Source: Sminthopsis crassicaudata
Taxonomy: Eukaryota
Reading direction: 5' to 3'
Length of the DNA: 64,000 nt
Assembly (NCBI RefSeq): GCF_048593235.1
Contig: NC_133622.1
Location: forward strand, 239,227,198 to 239,291,197
The notes beneath the pieces are model-generated. The model was given only the letters and a program-made list of their open reading frames with translations, made no database searches and was not told the origin of the DNA. Positions 47,264 to 60,330 of this stretch are shown here, one piece after another. The position numbers were made by a program, and so were the translations under genes. The first letter of the stretch is position 1, and every line of letters begins with the position of its first letter.

Positions 47264-48029
47264 TGCACAGATTGAAATGATAAAGGTGGTGTTTTTTGTG
47301 TTTTTTTTTTTTTTTTTTAGTATAGAAAGTACATGGAGCTTTTACCACTTTGTATAATATTCACAGAATAAAATATTTTCCTCATCTTTTCACATTGCAA
47401 ATTGCATCTGGAATTCAGGTCTTTGGACACATGCTTTAATACTTCACAGGCATGAGAAATTTCTTTCAGACATCATACATTTTGGAATATCTATTTAAGA
47501 AAAAAACTTGGAAAAGTTTCAAATATGTTGTAAATTCACTCTTGTGGAGGTCCTCCTTGGTGAGTGATACTAAGAAAGGGGTATATTTGCATTCTAATTG
47601 TCTGATCGAAAATTTTCAATACCTTTCCTGGCTATGTGATTTAATACAGAAATTTACTGTTACAATTAAAAAAACATTTGATCAGTTCCATCATTTCCAA
47701 GGTTGCCATGTGCAGATTTCAATTTTGTTACTACAAAAGCATTTACAAATTATAAAATATATTAAGATAAGGGTTACTCTTTTTACTGATATCTTTAAAA
47801 GTAAGCACATTAAATATAATGTTCTCCTTCATTTTTCTATAGCTAAAGTATCTAAATGTGTTTAATATCTTCTTCTTAATTAATGGACGTCTGCTTAGTT
47901 TGAAATTTTTTATTTTTTGTACCATTTACTATTTAAATTATTATTTTTTTATTTTAATGTGAGGATTGGGTTCAGGTAGATTCTTTCTTTTATAAGAGAT
48001 TTAATGAGAAAGAGACTGGGTCACTGACA

Positions 48030-48770
48030 CATTGTTGATGGAACAATTCTAGAGAGCAGTTTGGAACTATTTTCAAAAAGTTATCAAACTGTGCATACCC
48101 TTTGATCCAGCAGTGCTACTACTGGGCTTATATCCCAAAGAGACCTAAAAGGAGGGAAAGGGACCCACATGTGCAAAAATGTTTGTGGCAGCCCTTTTTG
48201 TAGTGGCAAGAAACTGGAAATTGAATGGATGACCATCAGATGGAGGAAGGCTGGAATATTATTGTTCTGTAAGAATCAATCAGCAGGATGATTTCAAAGA
48301 GGCCTGGATTTACATGAAATGATGCAAAATGAAATGAGCAGAACCAGGAGATTATACACAGCAAAAATGAGATGATTCAAATCAATTCCAATTGTTCAGT
48401 GACATCTGCTCCCAGAGAGAGGACAATGGGAATTGAGTGTGGACCACAGCATAGCATTCTCACTTTTTCTGTGGTTGTTTATTTGCATTTTGTTTTGCAA
48501 AGGAAATGATGCAAAAGAAAAGAAAATTTCCTTCTTGATCCATTTTTTCTTGTACAGCAGCATAACTATATAAAATGTATACATATTTGGATATAACATA
48601 TATTTTAACAAATGTAACATGTATCAGACTACCTACCATCTGGGGGAGAAGTTGAGGGGAAGGAGGGGATAATTTGGAACAGAAGGTTTTGCAAGGGTCA
48701 ATGTTGAAAAATCATCTATGCATATGTTTTGTAAATAAAAAGCTTCAATTAAAAATAAAAAATGATATAA
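48030..48770 (+). mobile_element. 5'-truncated LINE-1 3' end
   Basis: ttgttgatggaacaattctagagagcagtttggaactat...gtgtttgtggcagccc-type text...gtaaataaaaagcttcaattaaaaataaaa. Confidence 0.85.
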
Positions 48771-49379
48771 TTGAATAAAAATAAAACATAAAAGTATAAG
48801 GAAAATATTGCATGATACCTGGTAATCTATTCACTATGATTGTATTGTATATGTACATGATTATTTTTTGTCTTCTCCATTATAATCTAAGCTCTTTTGG
48901 GTCAATATTAACTGAAGTGCTTGGATCATTCCAAATGCTTATAAAATGCTTATTAGCTTGTGGATTGATTAAAAATGTCTCTCACTTCACAAACTTGATT
49001 ATTAAATCGACTAGGTGGCTTGAAAGGGGCAGGAGATATTTTCTAATCTTAACAGTAGTTAGCCACTAGGGCCATTAACAGAAATAAACTTCTAAGAATG
49101 AAGTACCCAAATCATTTCATGTAGAGAACATGTCTAGTAGTAATAATGGAATTATCAGCTCAGGAATGCTAGTGTCCAATGATCATAGGAGCAGCATCTA
49201 CTGAATATAGAGTTGAGGTTCTAGAGTTTGCTGAGCTTAGATCACCAATCTTGAGTTATTCTATGTATCTACTGGCTAAATAGGAGATAGAATAATGAAG
49301 AAATCCTTCATCCTGAAGATAACTTTTTACTCAACTTTAATTGTCCTAGGTAAGGCGAAGTCAAGAAATATTTATTAAG

Positions 49380-49966
49380 ATCTCTCAATAAGCATTTATT
49401 AATGTGATGTTGGCCAAGTTTTTCCCTAAGTCCTCTGAGGGAAAGTCATGCAATTATGTAATATATTCCATCTAATTATTCACTTTATAATATTAAGGAA
49501 AAAACTATATTAATATTTGTGAAAGAATTCTACCTGAAAATCAATTCAATTTTTAGGAGATTCCATTTTTGGCAAGTGAAACTACAGAAACATTATTTTT
49601 TTTCTTTAAATTACTTCTTTTGAGACCATATATATATATAAGGTCACTAGAGAGTCTCTAGGGCCTGGGTCCCAAAGGATTTGGAGGCAAATAAAAGTTC
49701 TTCAACAAAATACACACACTCAGTAAAATGATGTGTCTTTGACATTGAGCTTTGTCATAAAATAGAGATAACCAGTCTGTTTACAAAATTGTAATTTTCT
49801 ATTAATTTCTATTAATAAAGTATAGCAGTGGATTAATTTTGAGCATGATCAATAGAAAGTCGTTAGAGAGTGATCTAATCATGAAGCTCCTGTGTCACAA
49901 GACACTCTTTGTGTACTGTGGGCCTGGGAAATGAAACATGCTGGAGAATCAATGTATTTGGTGAGT
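49380..49966 (+). promoter_or_regulatory. Candidate promoter/first-exon block of the OR at 55515
   Basis: CAATTA/TAATTA sites, O/E-like TCTCTAGGGC (49655) and GTCCCAAAGG (49669), donor GTGAGT at 49961. Confidence 0.5.
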
Positions 49967-50589
49967 AAGCATCATTGGTAATTTTTGACCATGCACTTTC
50001 CCTGGTCTATTGACTGAAAACTGGAATATTTATTTCAATAAAGATAAAGCAGAAAGGAACTACAAAAAAAAAAAAGTGGGAGTGGATGGATTATCTCTGC
50101 TCACCTTCATCATTATCATCATAAGGGAATACTTTTTGGTTGTTTAGGCAACTTAGTATTAAGCAGGATCAGCCAGTGTAATCAAAGTAATTTTGTGGTA
50201 TCCTTCACAAAATCTTTTCAGTACATGTATTAAGATAATACAGATATGTATAAAGACCAATATTAATGCCATGTAGCAATCATTAAAGGTCCACTGGCAG
50301 TTACACTCAAGGTTGCAGAAGACAAGAGACTGAGGAATGTATGAGGAAGACAGGACTGTCAGCCAAAGCTTAACTTAAGCAAATTATATATGAAAGACTA
50401 GACTTAAGTCAGTAAGGATCAAGAGGGTTAATTTAATGGTAGATTAAGAATCTAGATAGAATTTAGGTTCACATTCTGCTTGTAAAAAATTCTAGCTGAG
50501 TGAAAATGGGGGGGGGATATTAATGTCTGTAAACCGAAATAATTATCAAAAACTAGCCATTTCAAGATGACTAAGCTGTATCAGTGGAG

Positions 50590-51410
50590 ACGGTTTTCAT
50601 TTCTGAAGCTCCTTATAACATTGGAAGCAAAGATACAGACGGTAATCACACTCTTTGACTCTAAATTATTATTGAGATTTTCTCGATAAACTGAAGATTA
50701 TTTTTAGAATTATTTTCTAAAGTGTTCAGAAAAAAAAAAAACAATTGTAACAAAGACAAATCTGCAGTCAACTTAAAACTTTGACAATAAAAATAGTTTA
50801 TTTGCCATAAATTAATGTGTTTGACAACTATAATGCTACCATAGCTGACAAGTATGAAATGTGAAATAAAACCTGAAAAGAGACCTGTGTGTAAAGTGGA
50901 CAAGCATGACAGTCTTCAGTAGAGTAGCATAGAGCCTCAAGTAGTGGGATGGAAGCTAAGAAGAAAAAGAAAATAACTTTCATGTTAGGCAGATCTTCTG
51001 AATAGTTAAGATGTAGCAAATACATTCCCTGACATCAATGGTTCATAATTCCTTCTAGTAAGGTGGATATCTGCACACAAAGATAGATATTAATATTAAA
51101 ACACACAAATGCCTATTGTACCTTATAAAATTTTCCTATAGGTTTGAGAGGAGAGAGTGAGCAGAAAATGGTCAATGAATGCTTTGAACATAGAGAAATT
51201 TGCTTCAAAGTTAAACAGAATTTAAATTTTCTAGAATTAGAAAAGTTTAAAGGGGTCAATGAGGCAAGGACTATGGTGAGAACAAAGATATGAAACCAAG
51301 AATACATATTGTGTTGATGGTATAGAAAATGTATACTTTGAATAGAAACTACTGCTAGCCATACAGATATAATTGGGATGGAAAATCCAAGTACATGACA
51401 ACAAAGTTAA
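50590..51410 (-). pseudogene. Possible ancient, highly decayed OR relic on the minus strand
   Basis: Collinear, roughly correctly spaced traces: FVVMYL (TM1), cacaatatgtattc (HT.MY), HFLLTL (TM3), N.KVIFF..IPLL.ALC (ECL2), FILVSYGSII (TM5), LTA (TM6), I.SFRN (TM7 end). Confidence 0.45.
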
Positions 51411-52241
51411 GGAAAGACTTGAATGTCAGGATAAGAATTGGAGACTGTTTGGTTTTTAATAAAATCTGAAATAGAAGTATCTCCATTTTTAAAGATGAGA
51501 CATAGGGTAGTGTAAGAGAGGTGGAACTGGAACCATATCAGGATCGCAGCTCTGCTGTTTGATGTAATCCTGAACAAATTATTTAACCTCAATGAGTAGC
51601 TGGACTAGATGGCTAATAAGTCTTAAAGACTCAATATCTGATAATAAATCATAAACTCGAAAGTATATACTAAAATGAGGGACTGGATGAGATAACTGAT
51701 AAATCTTTCAGTCCTAAATCTATGATAATAAATTATATATTTGCTAGGAACATGAGCCTAAAACATGCATTGAAGATATCTGATATGGACAAGATTGGAA
51801 AAGTAATTAAAAATCTAGAAAGGTAAACAGGTATGTTAATTATTTTTTTTTAAATTTACTAACTTACTATTTTATTTTTGATTGTTGACTTTTTAATTAT
51901 CCTGCAGATGATTGAGTTTATCCATATGCAATGTGCAGTACACACACGCATCCTTGTGTATGTTTATGTGTGAATATATGTACATATAAAATACACACAT
52001 ATTTATAATTATGTATACAGACAAAGATAAACACAGGGTCACACATACGTGATACAAATATAAAAGAAAAAATTAGTAAACTATATGAAAAGTGAAAGAA
52101 CAAGAAGGGAGCTCTTTATTCTAGCTCCATCTTTGAAGAATTTAGTATAGAGGGTCTGGATTAAAAGACATTGAGCAAGTCATTTGACTACCTTTTGTGC
52201 CCCAGGAATGAGACTGTGAGAAAAAAGAAAATGAATGATCA

Positions 52242-52450
52242 AGGAGCAATTGGGTGGTCCAGTGGATAGAGCATGGCTCTGGAGTCAGTGAGTTCATATC
52301 TGGAATCAGACATTCATAGTTGGATGACAAGGACAAATAATAATCCTCTTTGCCTTAATTTCCTCAAATGTAAAATGAGTTGGAAAAGGAAATGGCAAAC
52401 AAGGAAAATCCCAAATAGAATCAGAAACAATGGGACATGACTGAAAAAGA
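52242..52450 (+). mobile_element. Older marsupial CORE-SINE (MAR1/MIR3-like)
   Basis: gggtggtccagtggatagagcatggctctggagtcag...ttcctcaaatgtaaaatgagttggaaaaggaaatggcaaac...gggacatgactgaaaa. Confidence 0.65.
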
Positions 52451-54539
52451 AACAAAAGTCTCAGGTAACTCTGTAATTGCATGTTATAAATAGTTCTCAC
52501 CAGCATTTCTTTACATATATACTATGTAATAACTGATTGTATAGATTATATAAATGAGAATTATATAGATTATATAAAATATATAGATGAGAATTTGGGA
52601 GAGACATTTAAAAGGGAACAAGGACTATAGGTTCCACTTGTCCTTCATAGAAGCTCAGGAATTATTTAAATATTTTGGGGGAAAATGAAAGCTCATTAAA
52701 ATTTAAGAATTTAAGAAATTTCAACTATTGGCCACAGCATTACAACAGAAATATAGTTAAGGGGAAAATATCCCAGGGGAGAAACTTTTTTTTTTTACAA
52801 GAGATAAGAATGATTGAAAGGAAAATCCTGGAATTTGTACATTTAAAGAAGGAATTGGTGGTTTATAGAAGCCTTGGAAGCTACATGTAGAAAAATGTTA
52901 AAGTGGTAAAGACTGGAGTGAAACTTAATAGTATTAATGTTGAATGAAATGTGATATTGGAATAATATACACATCTGCACTTACTAGGTAGCACATTCTC
53001 TTACAAAAGTCCATTGATTAAGGACACCTAGGGAAGTTGGCGAATAATCTTCTGTTAGACTTCTATAAAAAGAGAAGTCCAAATTGAAATGTTAACTCCT
53101 AGCTCATCTTCATACCCTATTTCATAATCCTCACGTCATGTATCTTACTTGTCATTGAATTAAGCCTGCACCATCTTTGGTTAATTTCTTTATGTCCTTG
53201 TCCTCTGTCTCTGTGTCTCTCTTGTGTCTTTGTCTTTGTCTTTGTGTTTCTCTCAGTGTCTTGTCTCTGTAGCTATCTAGTTAGTCATTCATTTGTTTTT
53301 ATTTTCTGTTTTGTTTTTTTTTTAAATTGTTTTCTACTCAAAAGATAATCACTACATTGTGCTATTTTTTAAAAGGGATATACTTGATCACTTTCTAGAA
53401 GGAAAGAAGTTACTAGATGTCTAAAAAAACCCTCTTTTAGGCTTTCTCTAATTTTTCTTAGTAAGTTTATGTTGACTTGTTTTCCACTATAGCCACCAAC
53501 TACATAGAAACCGTTTCAGATGGTTGAATTTAGGATTCAACAAATAGGGACCTTCCTTGTCCATCTGAAGACATTTTTCATACTATTTATAAAGAATAAA
53601 AAGGACCATAAGATATTAATGTAAAATTTTGGAAATGATTTAAAAATCTTGAATATATAATGTGATATCTGTAATTAAAATTTAAATACTGTCTAGTGTA
53701 ACCTCATATTTTATAGCGCAGTAGATAGAAATCTGCCTCTGAAGCATGAGAACCTGAAGTCAAATCCAAACTCAAGATGCTAGCTGTGAGCATACATCTG
53801 GGTTAGTCTTTTAACCTCTGTCAGCCTCAGTTTTCCCAATCTATAAAAATTAAATAATAAAATAAACAATTAAATAATTAAATAACAAAGCAAATAAAGC
53901 AAAAATATCTCCAGGACATTTTTGAAGATCATTTTAACAACAATTAAATGTACTTTGCACTATACATGGCACAAAGAATAGTTAGTTTTTATTGTTGGTA
54001 TAAATCTTAGGAAAATAACTGAAATGATTGATTAATAATTTCACAATCATTAATGCTCATGAACTAGATTGAAATTGTTCTAACATTAATAGAGCTCTAT
54101 ATGCTGGGTATTATCTTTAGTTCTTTTCAAATATCATCCCATTTAGTCTTCACAACAACTCAAGAAAGCATTTTCTCCATTTGAAAAATGAGGAAATTGA
54201 GGTAAATAGTGGTTAAAGAAATTTTTAGAGTCACATAAGTGTCTGAGCCTAGATACGAACTTAGAGTACTGTGTGGAATCAGTAAAACCTATCACTTAGC
54301 TACCTCTACAGCAAACTATTGCTATGTGTAAATTTTTATGTTAAAGAAAACATTATCTGAATTTTATTGCCGTACTAATTTACTGAAACATGGTGTATGT
54401 AAAAATTCCTCATCAGATTCTTCCTGCTGAAATTACTCCAAATAATAGCTCCAACTATCATAGCATAACTTAAAAATAAATATTGTCCTCTTTTACCATC
54501 TATTAATTGAAGAAAAAATTAGGAAATGTCTTACATTTT

Positions 54540-54772
54540 NNNNNNNNNNNNNNNNNNNNNNNNNNNNNNNNNNNNNNNNNNNNNNNNNNNNNNNNNNNNN
54601 NNNNNNNNNNNNNNNNNNNNNNNNNNNNNNNNNNNNNNNNNNNNNNNNNNNNNNNNNNNNNNNNNNNNNNNNNNNNNNNNNNNNNNNNNNNNNNNNNNNN
54701 NNNNNNNNNNNNNNNNNNNNNNNNNNNNNNNNNNNNNNNNNNNNNNNNNNNNNNNNNNNNNNNNNNNNNNNN
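54540..54772. other. Assembly gap (233 N)
   Basis: Run of N, flanked on the right by (TA/CA)-rich low-complexity sequence. Confidence 1.
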
Positions 54773-55514
54773 GTGGGTACTTATACATTTACATATGTAT
54801 GTCTATATACACACATATGTACACATATATACATTCATATACACATTACTGTGTGATGTATGTATATGACTTAATGAGTTTATACACATCCATGTACATA
54901 TACATTACATACACACACGTATATGTATATATATATACATACAGATATACATATATGTTTGTGTGTACTTATATTTAAAGAGATAGTGTGTTAAATAGAG
55001 TTTTGGCATCTTTTTCTGTCTTCCAGAAAAGTGAATTACATCAAATGGGTAGAAATGTCACACTCAGAATGATGCAATGAACACCAAAACGGAAGGTGAG
55101 ATTAAGGACCTTTGTCCTTTCACTTTAATGTGTAAAGAAATGAGGTAGACTGCCTTATGAGTTAAGGGGCTCCTACATTTAAAAGTTCTAAATGAGCTTC
55201 ACTTTTTAGAATGGACATTTCTTGAAGTAGAAATTTTAGCAATTCTGTGAATTTTTACCCATCTATATAATCAAATCATTATCTTTCTCACTGTACTTTT
55301 GGCTTTTTTTCCAGGATCTATAATTTGCTCTCAGAATAAATGTATAGGATTGAAAGTGATACTAACTTTGAAATTAATCCTATTACTATTTTCATAATTA
55401 TAATAATAATTTCTAATTCACATTTCATGTCCCACACCCTTAGCTACAGTTCCACAATTTTGCTCATGTTTTACTTCTCTTAAACTATTTCTCTCCATTT
55501 TCTCCAACAGGAAC

Positions 55515-56459
55515 ATGATAACCACTGACAAAAATCAGAGTGCAGCAGTCATGTTCATCCTCTTAGGATTCTCAGAGAATCCAGAGCTCCAGGTGCCCCT
55601 CTTTCTACTGTTCCTCACCATCTATTCAGTCACTGTGGTGGGAAACTTGGGCATGATTGTGATCATCAAGATCAACCCAAAACTCCACACTCCCATGTAC
55701 TTTTTCCTCAAGCACTTGTCTTTTGTGGATTTCTGTTACTCCACTATAGTTACACCAAAATTACTAGAAATTTTAGTTGTAGAAGATAGAAGCATTTCCA
55801 TCAAGGCCTGCATCTCACAGTTTTCCACTGGTGTCACCTGTGTGGTGACAGAGATGGTGGTGTTGTCCGTGATGGCCTATGACCGCTTTGTTGCCATATG
55901 CTATCCTTTGATCTATCCAATTTCCATGTCTCCAAAGTTCTGTGCTGGGCTAGTGACTGTTGCATATGCATGGGGCATAATTTCTTCTATTATATTCACT
56001 TATTCACTTCTTATAGTGTCATTTTGTGTGACCAAAATCATTAATAACTTTGTATGTGAATACTCTGTCATCCTCTCTGCTTCCTGCTCTGATAAACACT
56101 TCAGTGAGACAATATTTTTTATCTTTGCAAATCTCAATACATTATCCACCTTGATCATTATTCTTACATCCTATCTTTTTATTTTTGTCACTATCCTCAA
56201 AATGAAATCAACCAGTGGGAGATATAAAGCTTTCTCCACTTGTGCCTCCCATCTGACAGCTATTACTATCTTCTATGGGACCATTCTTTTGCTTTACTGT
56301 ATTCCCAACTCTCAAAACTCATGGCTTTTTGTCAAAGTAGGATCTGTTTTTTATATTGTGGTTATTCCTATGTTAAATCCCTTAATATATAGCCTAAGGA
56401 ACAATGATGTAAAGGAAACCTTCAAGAAATTAATGCATCTCAAAATTATTTCTCAGTAA
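55515..56459 (+). CDS. Olfactory receptor, OR5D-like (clade B2), 314 aa, intact
   Basis: All OR motifs. Closest to 18416 (shared C-terminus LMHLKIISQ). Acceptor tctccaacAG ending at 55510. Confidence 0.97.
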   Translation: MITTDKNQSAAVMFILLGFSENPELQVPLFLLFLTIYSVTVVGNLGMIVIIKINPKLHTPMYFFLKHLSFVDFCYSTIVTPKLLEILVVEDRSISIKACISQFSTGVTCVVTEMVVLSVMAYDRFVAICYPLIYPISMSPKFCAGLVTVAYAWGIISSIIFTYSLLIVSFCVTKIINNFVCEYSVILSASCSDKHFSETIFFIFANLNTLSTLIIILTSYLFIFVTILKMKSTSGRYKAFSTCASHLTAITIFYGTILLLYCIPNSQNSWLFVKVGSVFYIVVIPMLNPLIYSLRNNDVKETFKKLMHLKIISQ

Positions 56460-58899
56460 CTCCATTGACATGAATTGTATGACTACTGGCTAAACTAATT
56501 CTGATGAATTTTAGAGTAATATTTAATGAATTCTCTGAGTTCTAGTCAGTTACTCATTTCTCTGGTATTGATACCTACATTTTCTACAATTATCTGAAGA
56601 AAAGTCATTGAAATTCTTAGGTAAATGAAAAAAGAATACATGAAATGAGAAATAAGACTGCAGTTAAATCATTACAATTTACTCCATGATGTAACATCAA
56701 ACTCAGAAATTTTCATTAATATTCCTTGTCAATTTATTATAAAAATCAATCCATCTACAAGATTTGAAGCATGGTTCTTTTTATTTCATTCTTTCTATTT
56801 CCACTATTTTATAGATGAGAAAGGTCCAAAAAATTTAAGATATGAGTTAGTTGAGTGAGCTGGTGGTTTTTTGAAGTCTGCCACAAATAGCTGTTTTGAT
56901 GAATGAGATTATTAAATTTTGGAAGGGAACAATAATCACTTTATCCTGCAACAATGCAATGGGCTAATAGAATTTTTATAAAGTTGAGGTTTTTTTTTTT
57001 TTGACAAAATGATTAGTATAGTTCTTGGAAAATCATGAAATGGCTGAATAATTTTCATATATGAAGGTAATGAAATACTCTTGTTCTACAAAAAATGATG
57101 AATAAACTAATTTTAGAAAGGCCTGGAAAGATCGACGCAAACTGGTGTTTAGCAAAACAAGCAGAACCCGTACACAGTAACTTCAAGGTTACACAATGAT
57201 CAAAAATGAAATATTTGATTCTTCTTGGTAGTTTAACTTTGGATAGAAAATACCGACTGCATCCAGAAAGAGAATTATAAAGAATTAATGTAAATCAACA
57301 CATGCTGTGTTGATTTTTTTTGTCTGTTTTTTTTTTTTTTTTACTCTCTCATGATTTTTCACTTTTGTTCTAATTTTCCTCTTCCAATGTGATTTACAAA
57401 TATATTTGTATTAAAAAAACTAGAAAATAAAATCATTTATAAATAACTAAAAGAAACAAATTCATAACAAAATTATCATATATGTATCTACATATATATG
57501 AATGTGTGTGAATAAAATCATTGTATAAATACCTCTGTTTATGAGTTTTTTTCTCATTGCAGGTAATACATTTCTTCATATGTTGTTTATAGATAGTTTG
57601 GGTTTTTAAATAGACAAAGTAACTTACTTGCTTATAATTTAACTTATAGCTTATGTCATATTTAAGAAAATCTTACTGTTACTATATAAAATATTATCTT
57701 CTGCTTATTCCATTCTTCATAATTTCATGTAACTTTCTCCATATTTCTTCTAAAGTCATTGAACTCATTATTTTTATACCACAGTTGTATATACCATTAC
57801 AATCATATACCACAACTTGTTAAGCCATTCCTTTTAAGTATATACTAAATCAAATATACATGTGTGTATGTAATACCTGTAAAAATATATTAATATTTTC
57901 ATATAAACAATATTTTTTGCTTTTTTGTCACTGCCTTCATTCTTGAGATATCTGCCATTAGATTACACATACACACACACTTACACAAGGATATGTATAT
58001 ATGCATTTATGAATGCATACACATATATTTATGTAAAATCACATTGTATATATTGTCTCCAAATAGTTCTTACTATAGATATAAATAGCATCTTTAATCC
58101 ATATTAACTATGAAGGTTTTTTTTTATTTTTTATTTTTAAAGCTTTTTATTCTCAAACGATATGCATGGATAATTTGACAACATTGATTCTTGCATAGTC
58201 TTGCATCAGATTTTCTCCTCCTTCCTCCCACCCCCTCCTTTAGATGGTAAGTGATCCGATATATATATTAAACACATTAAATATATGTTACATCCCATAT
58301 GTGTAAATACATTTATACAATTCTCTTGTTGAACAAGAAAAATCAGATCAGAATACAAGGGATAATATTATATAAAAATATATAATAAAAATTATTTTAA
58401 AAATTTTGTTACAAAAGATGTCTTGCTGGGGAGGGAAGAATAAAGGCATATATTCAGAAATGAAGGTGATATGAAAATAAAAGATAGCAATAAAAATTTC
58501 AAATAAAAAAGTGAATCTGCTCCTGGCTTAATCAGAATAAAAATAGATCAACTTTTTTTGTTTCTACTTGTGTAACTTTGGATAAATCATTTAAGCCTTC
58601 TGGATTCAAGTTTTTCTCATCTGTAAAATGATGATATTGGACTAGATGATATTTGACGATTATTTTTAAAATTTCTAAATTCTGGATACTGTTATTCTGC
58701 ATACTCTCATAAAAATGAAACTTTTTGTTATTGGAATTTTATTGGAATTTTTTTGGAATTGGAATGTTATTGGAATGTTTTTTGGAATTGGAATTTTTTT
58801 GGAATTGGAATGTTATTGGAATTTTCATTGCACTAGTTTTCAAAGAGGCCATACATCTGTTGCTTATAGAATGTAGGCTAATGCATGAATGGATAAATA

Positions 58900-60060
58900 A
58901 ATTGTTTCTGACTGAAAAAAAAAATCAGATCAAAAAATTTTTTTAAAAAAAGAAAGTAAATGAGTAAGAAAACAAAATGTAAGCAAACAACAAGAGTGAG
59001 AATATTGTGCTGTGATTCACACTCAGTTCCCACAGTCCTCTCTCTGGCTCTCTTCACAAGATCACTGGAACTGTCATCAATCATCTCATTGCTGGAAAGA
59101 GTCTCATCTGTAAGAACTGATCATCATATAATATTGATGTTATCATGTATACTGATCTCCTGTTTCTGCTCATTTTACTTAGCATCAGTTCCTTTAAGTG
59201 TCTCCAGGCCTTTCTAAAATCATCCTCCTGATCATGTTTTATAGAACAATAATACTCCATAACATTCGTATATCATAACTTATTCAGCCATTCTCCAACT
59301 GATGGGTTTCCAATTTCTTGCTGCTACACAAAGGCCTGCCACAAACATTTTTGCGCATGTGAATCTCTTTCCTTTCTTTAAGATCTCTTTGGGATATAGG
59401 TTTAATAGAAACACTGCTGGGTCAAAGAATATGCACAGTTTGATAACTTTTTGAGCATACTTCCAAATTGTTCTCCAGAATGGCTGGATCTGTTCATAGT
59501 TCCAATAACAATGTATCAGTGCCCAACTTTTCCCACATCCCCATTCATCATTATCTTTTCCTGTCTTGTTAGCCAATCTGAGAGGCATATAGTGGTATCT
59601 CAGTGTTATTTTAATTTCTATTTCTCTGATCAATATTGATTTTGATCACCTTCTTACATGATTAAAATGATTTTAATTTTTTCATGTAAAATTTTTCTAT
59701 TCATATCTTTTGGCCATTTATCAGTTAAAGAATGGCTTGAATTCTTATAAATTTGAGTCAATTCTCTATATATTTCAGAAATGAGGCCTTTATCATAACC
59801 CTTAAATGTAAAAATGATTTCCCAATTTATTTCTTCTCTTCTGATCTTATCTGCATTAGTTTTGTTTGTTCAAAAACATTTTAATTTAATGTAATCAAAA
59901 TGATCTATCTGGTCTACAATTATGATTTCCAATTCTTATTTGGATAGAAATTCCTTCCTTCTCCACAGATCTGAGAGGTAAACTATCCTATATTCTTCAA
60001 ATTTGCTTATAATGTCACTCTTTCTTCTAAATCATGAAGATCTTATCTTGTTATATATTA
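58900..60060 (-). mobile_element. LINE-1 3' region (ORF2 C-terminus plus 3'UTR), decayed
   Basis: Minus-strand translation MIREIEIKITLRYHYMPLRLANKTGKDND..WGCGK...LIHC. Confidence 0.88.
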
Positions 60061-60119
60061 TTAGGCATAGGTCAAGCTCTAATTTATTCCACACTAGTTT
60101 CTAATTTTTGCTTTCCTTC

Positions 60120-60330
60120 AAAATGAAGGAAGCAACTACTCCTTTCTCAGTCAGTGGATAAAACTGTGATTGTCTATTATTTTCTAAAATTGCTATAGTA
60201 ATGAATTTATTCTGAGCTTGATCGATAAGAAGGAGACAGGGAGTGATCTCCTCATGAAATTACTGTCACAAGATACTCGTGTTTACTATCTGTAGAGAGT
60301 CACAGTCAGTGGGGAAGTTCTAGGTAAAGT
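60120..60330 (+). promoter_or_regulatory. Fourth, partial copy of the clade-B first-exon block, abutting the young L1
   Basis: ctcctttctcagtcagt...tttattctgagcttgatc...gagtgatctcctcatgaa..tgtcacaagatactc aligns with 12850-13000, 15510-15660 and 49770-49910. Donor-like tag|GTAAAG at 60324. Confidence 0.45.

Noticed and set aside
54507-54978. ORFs spanning 54.5-55.0 kb
   Set aside because: Artifacts of the N gap and (TA/CA)n sequence.
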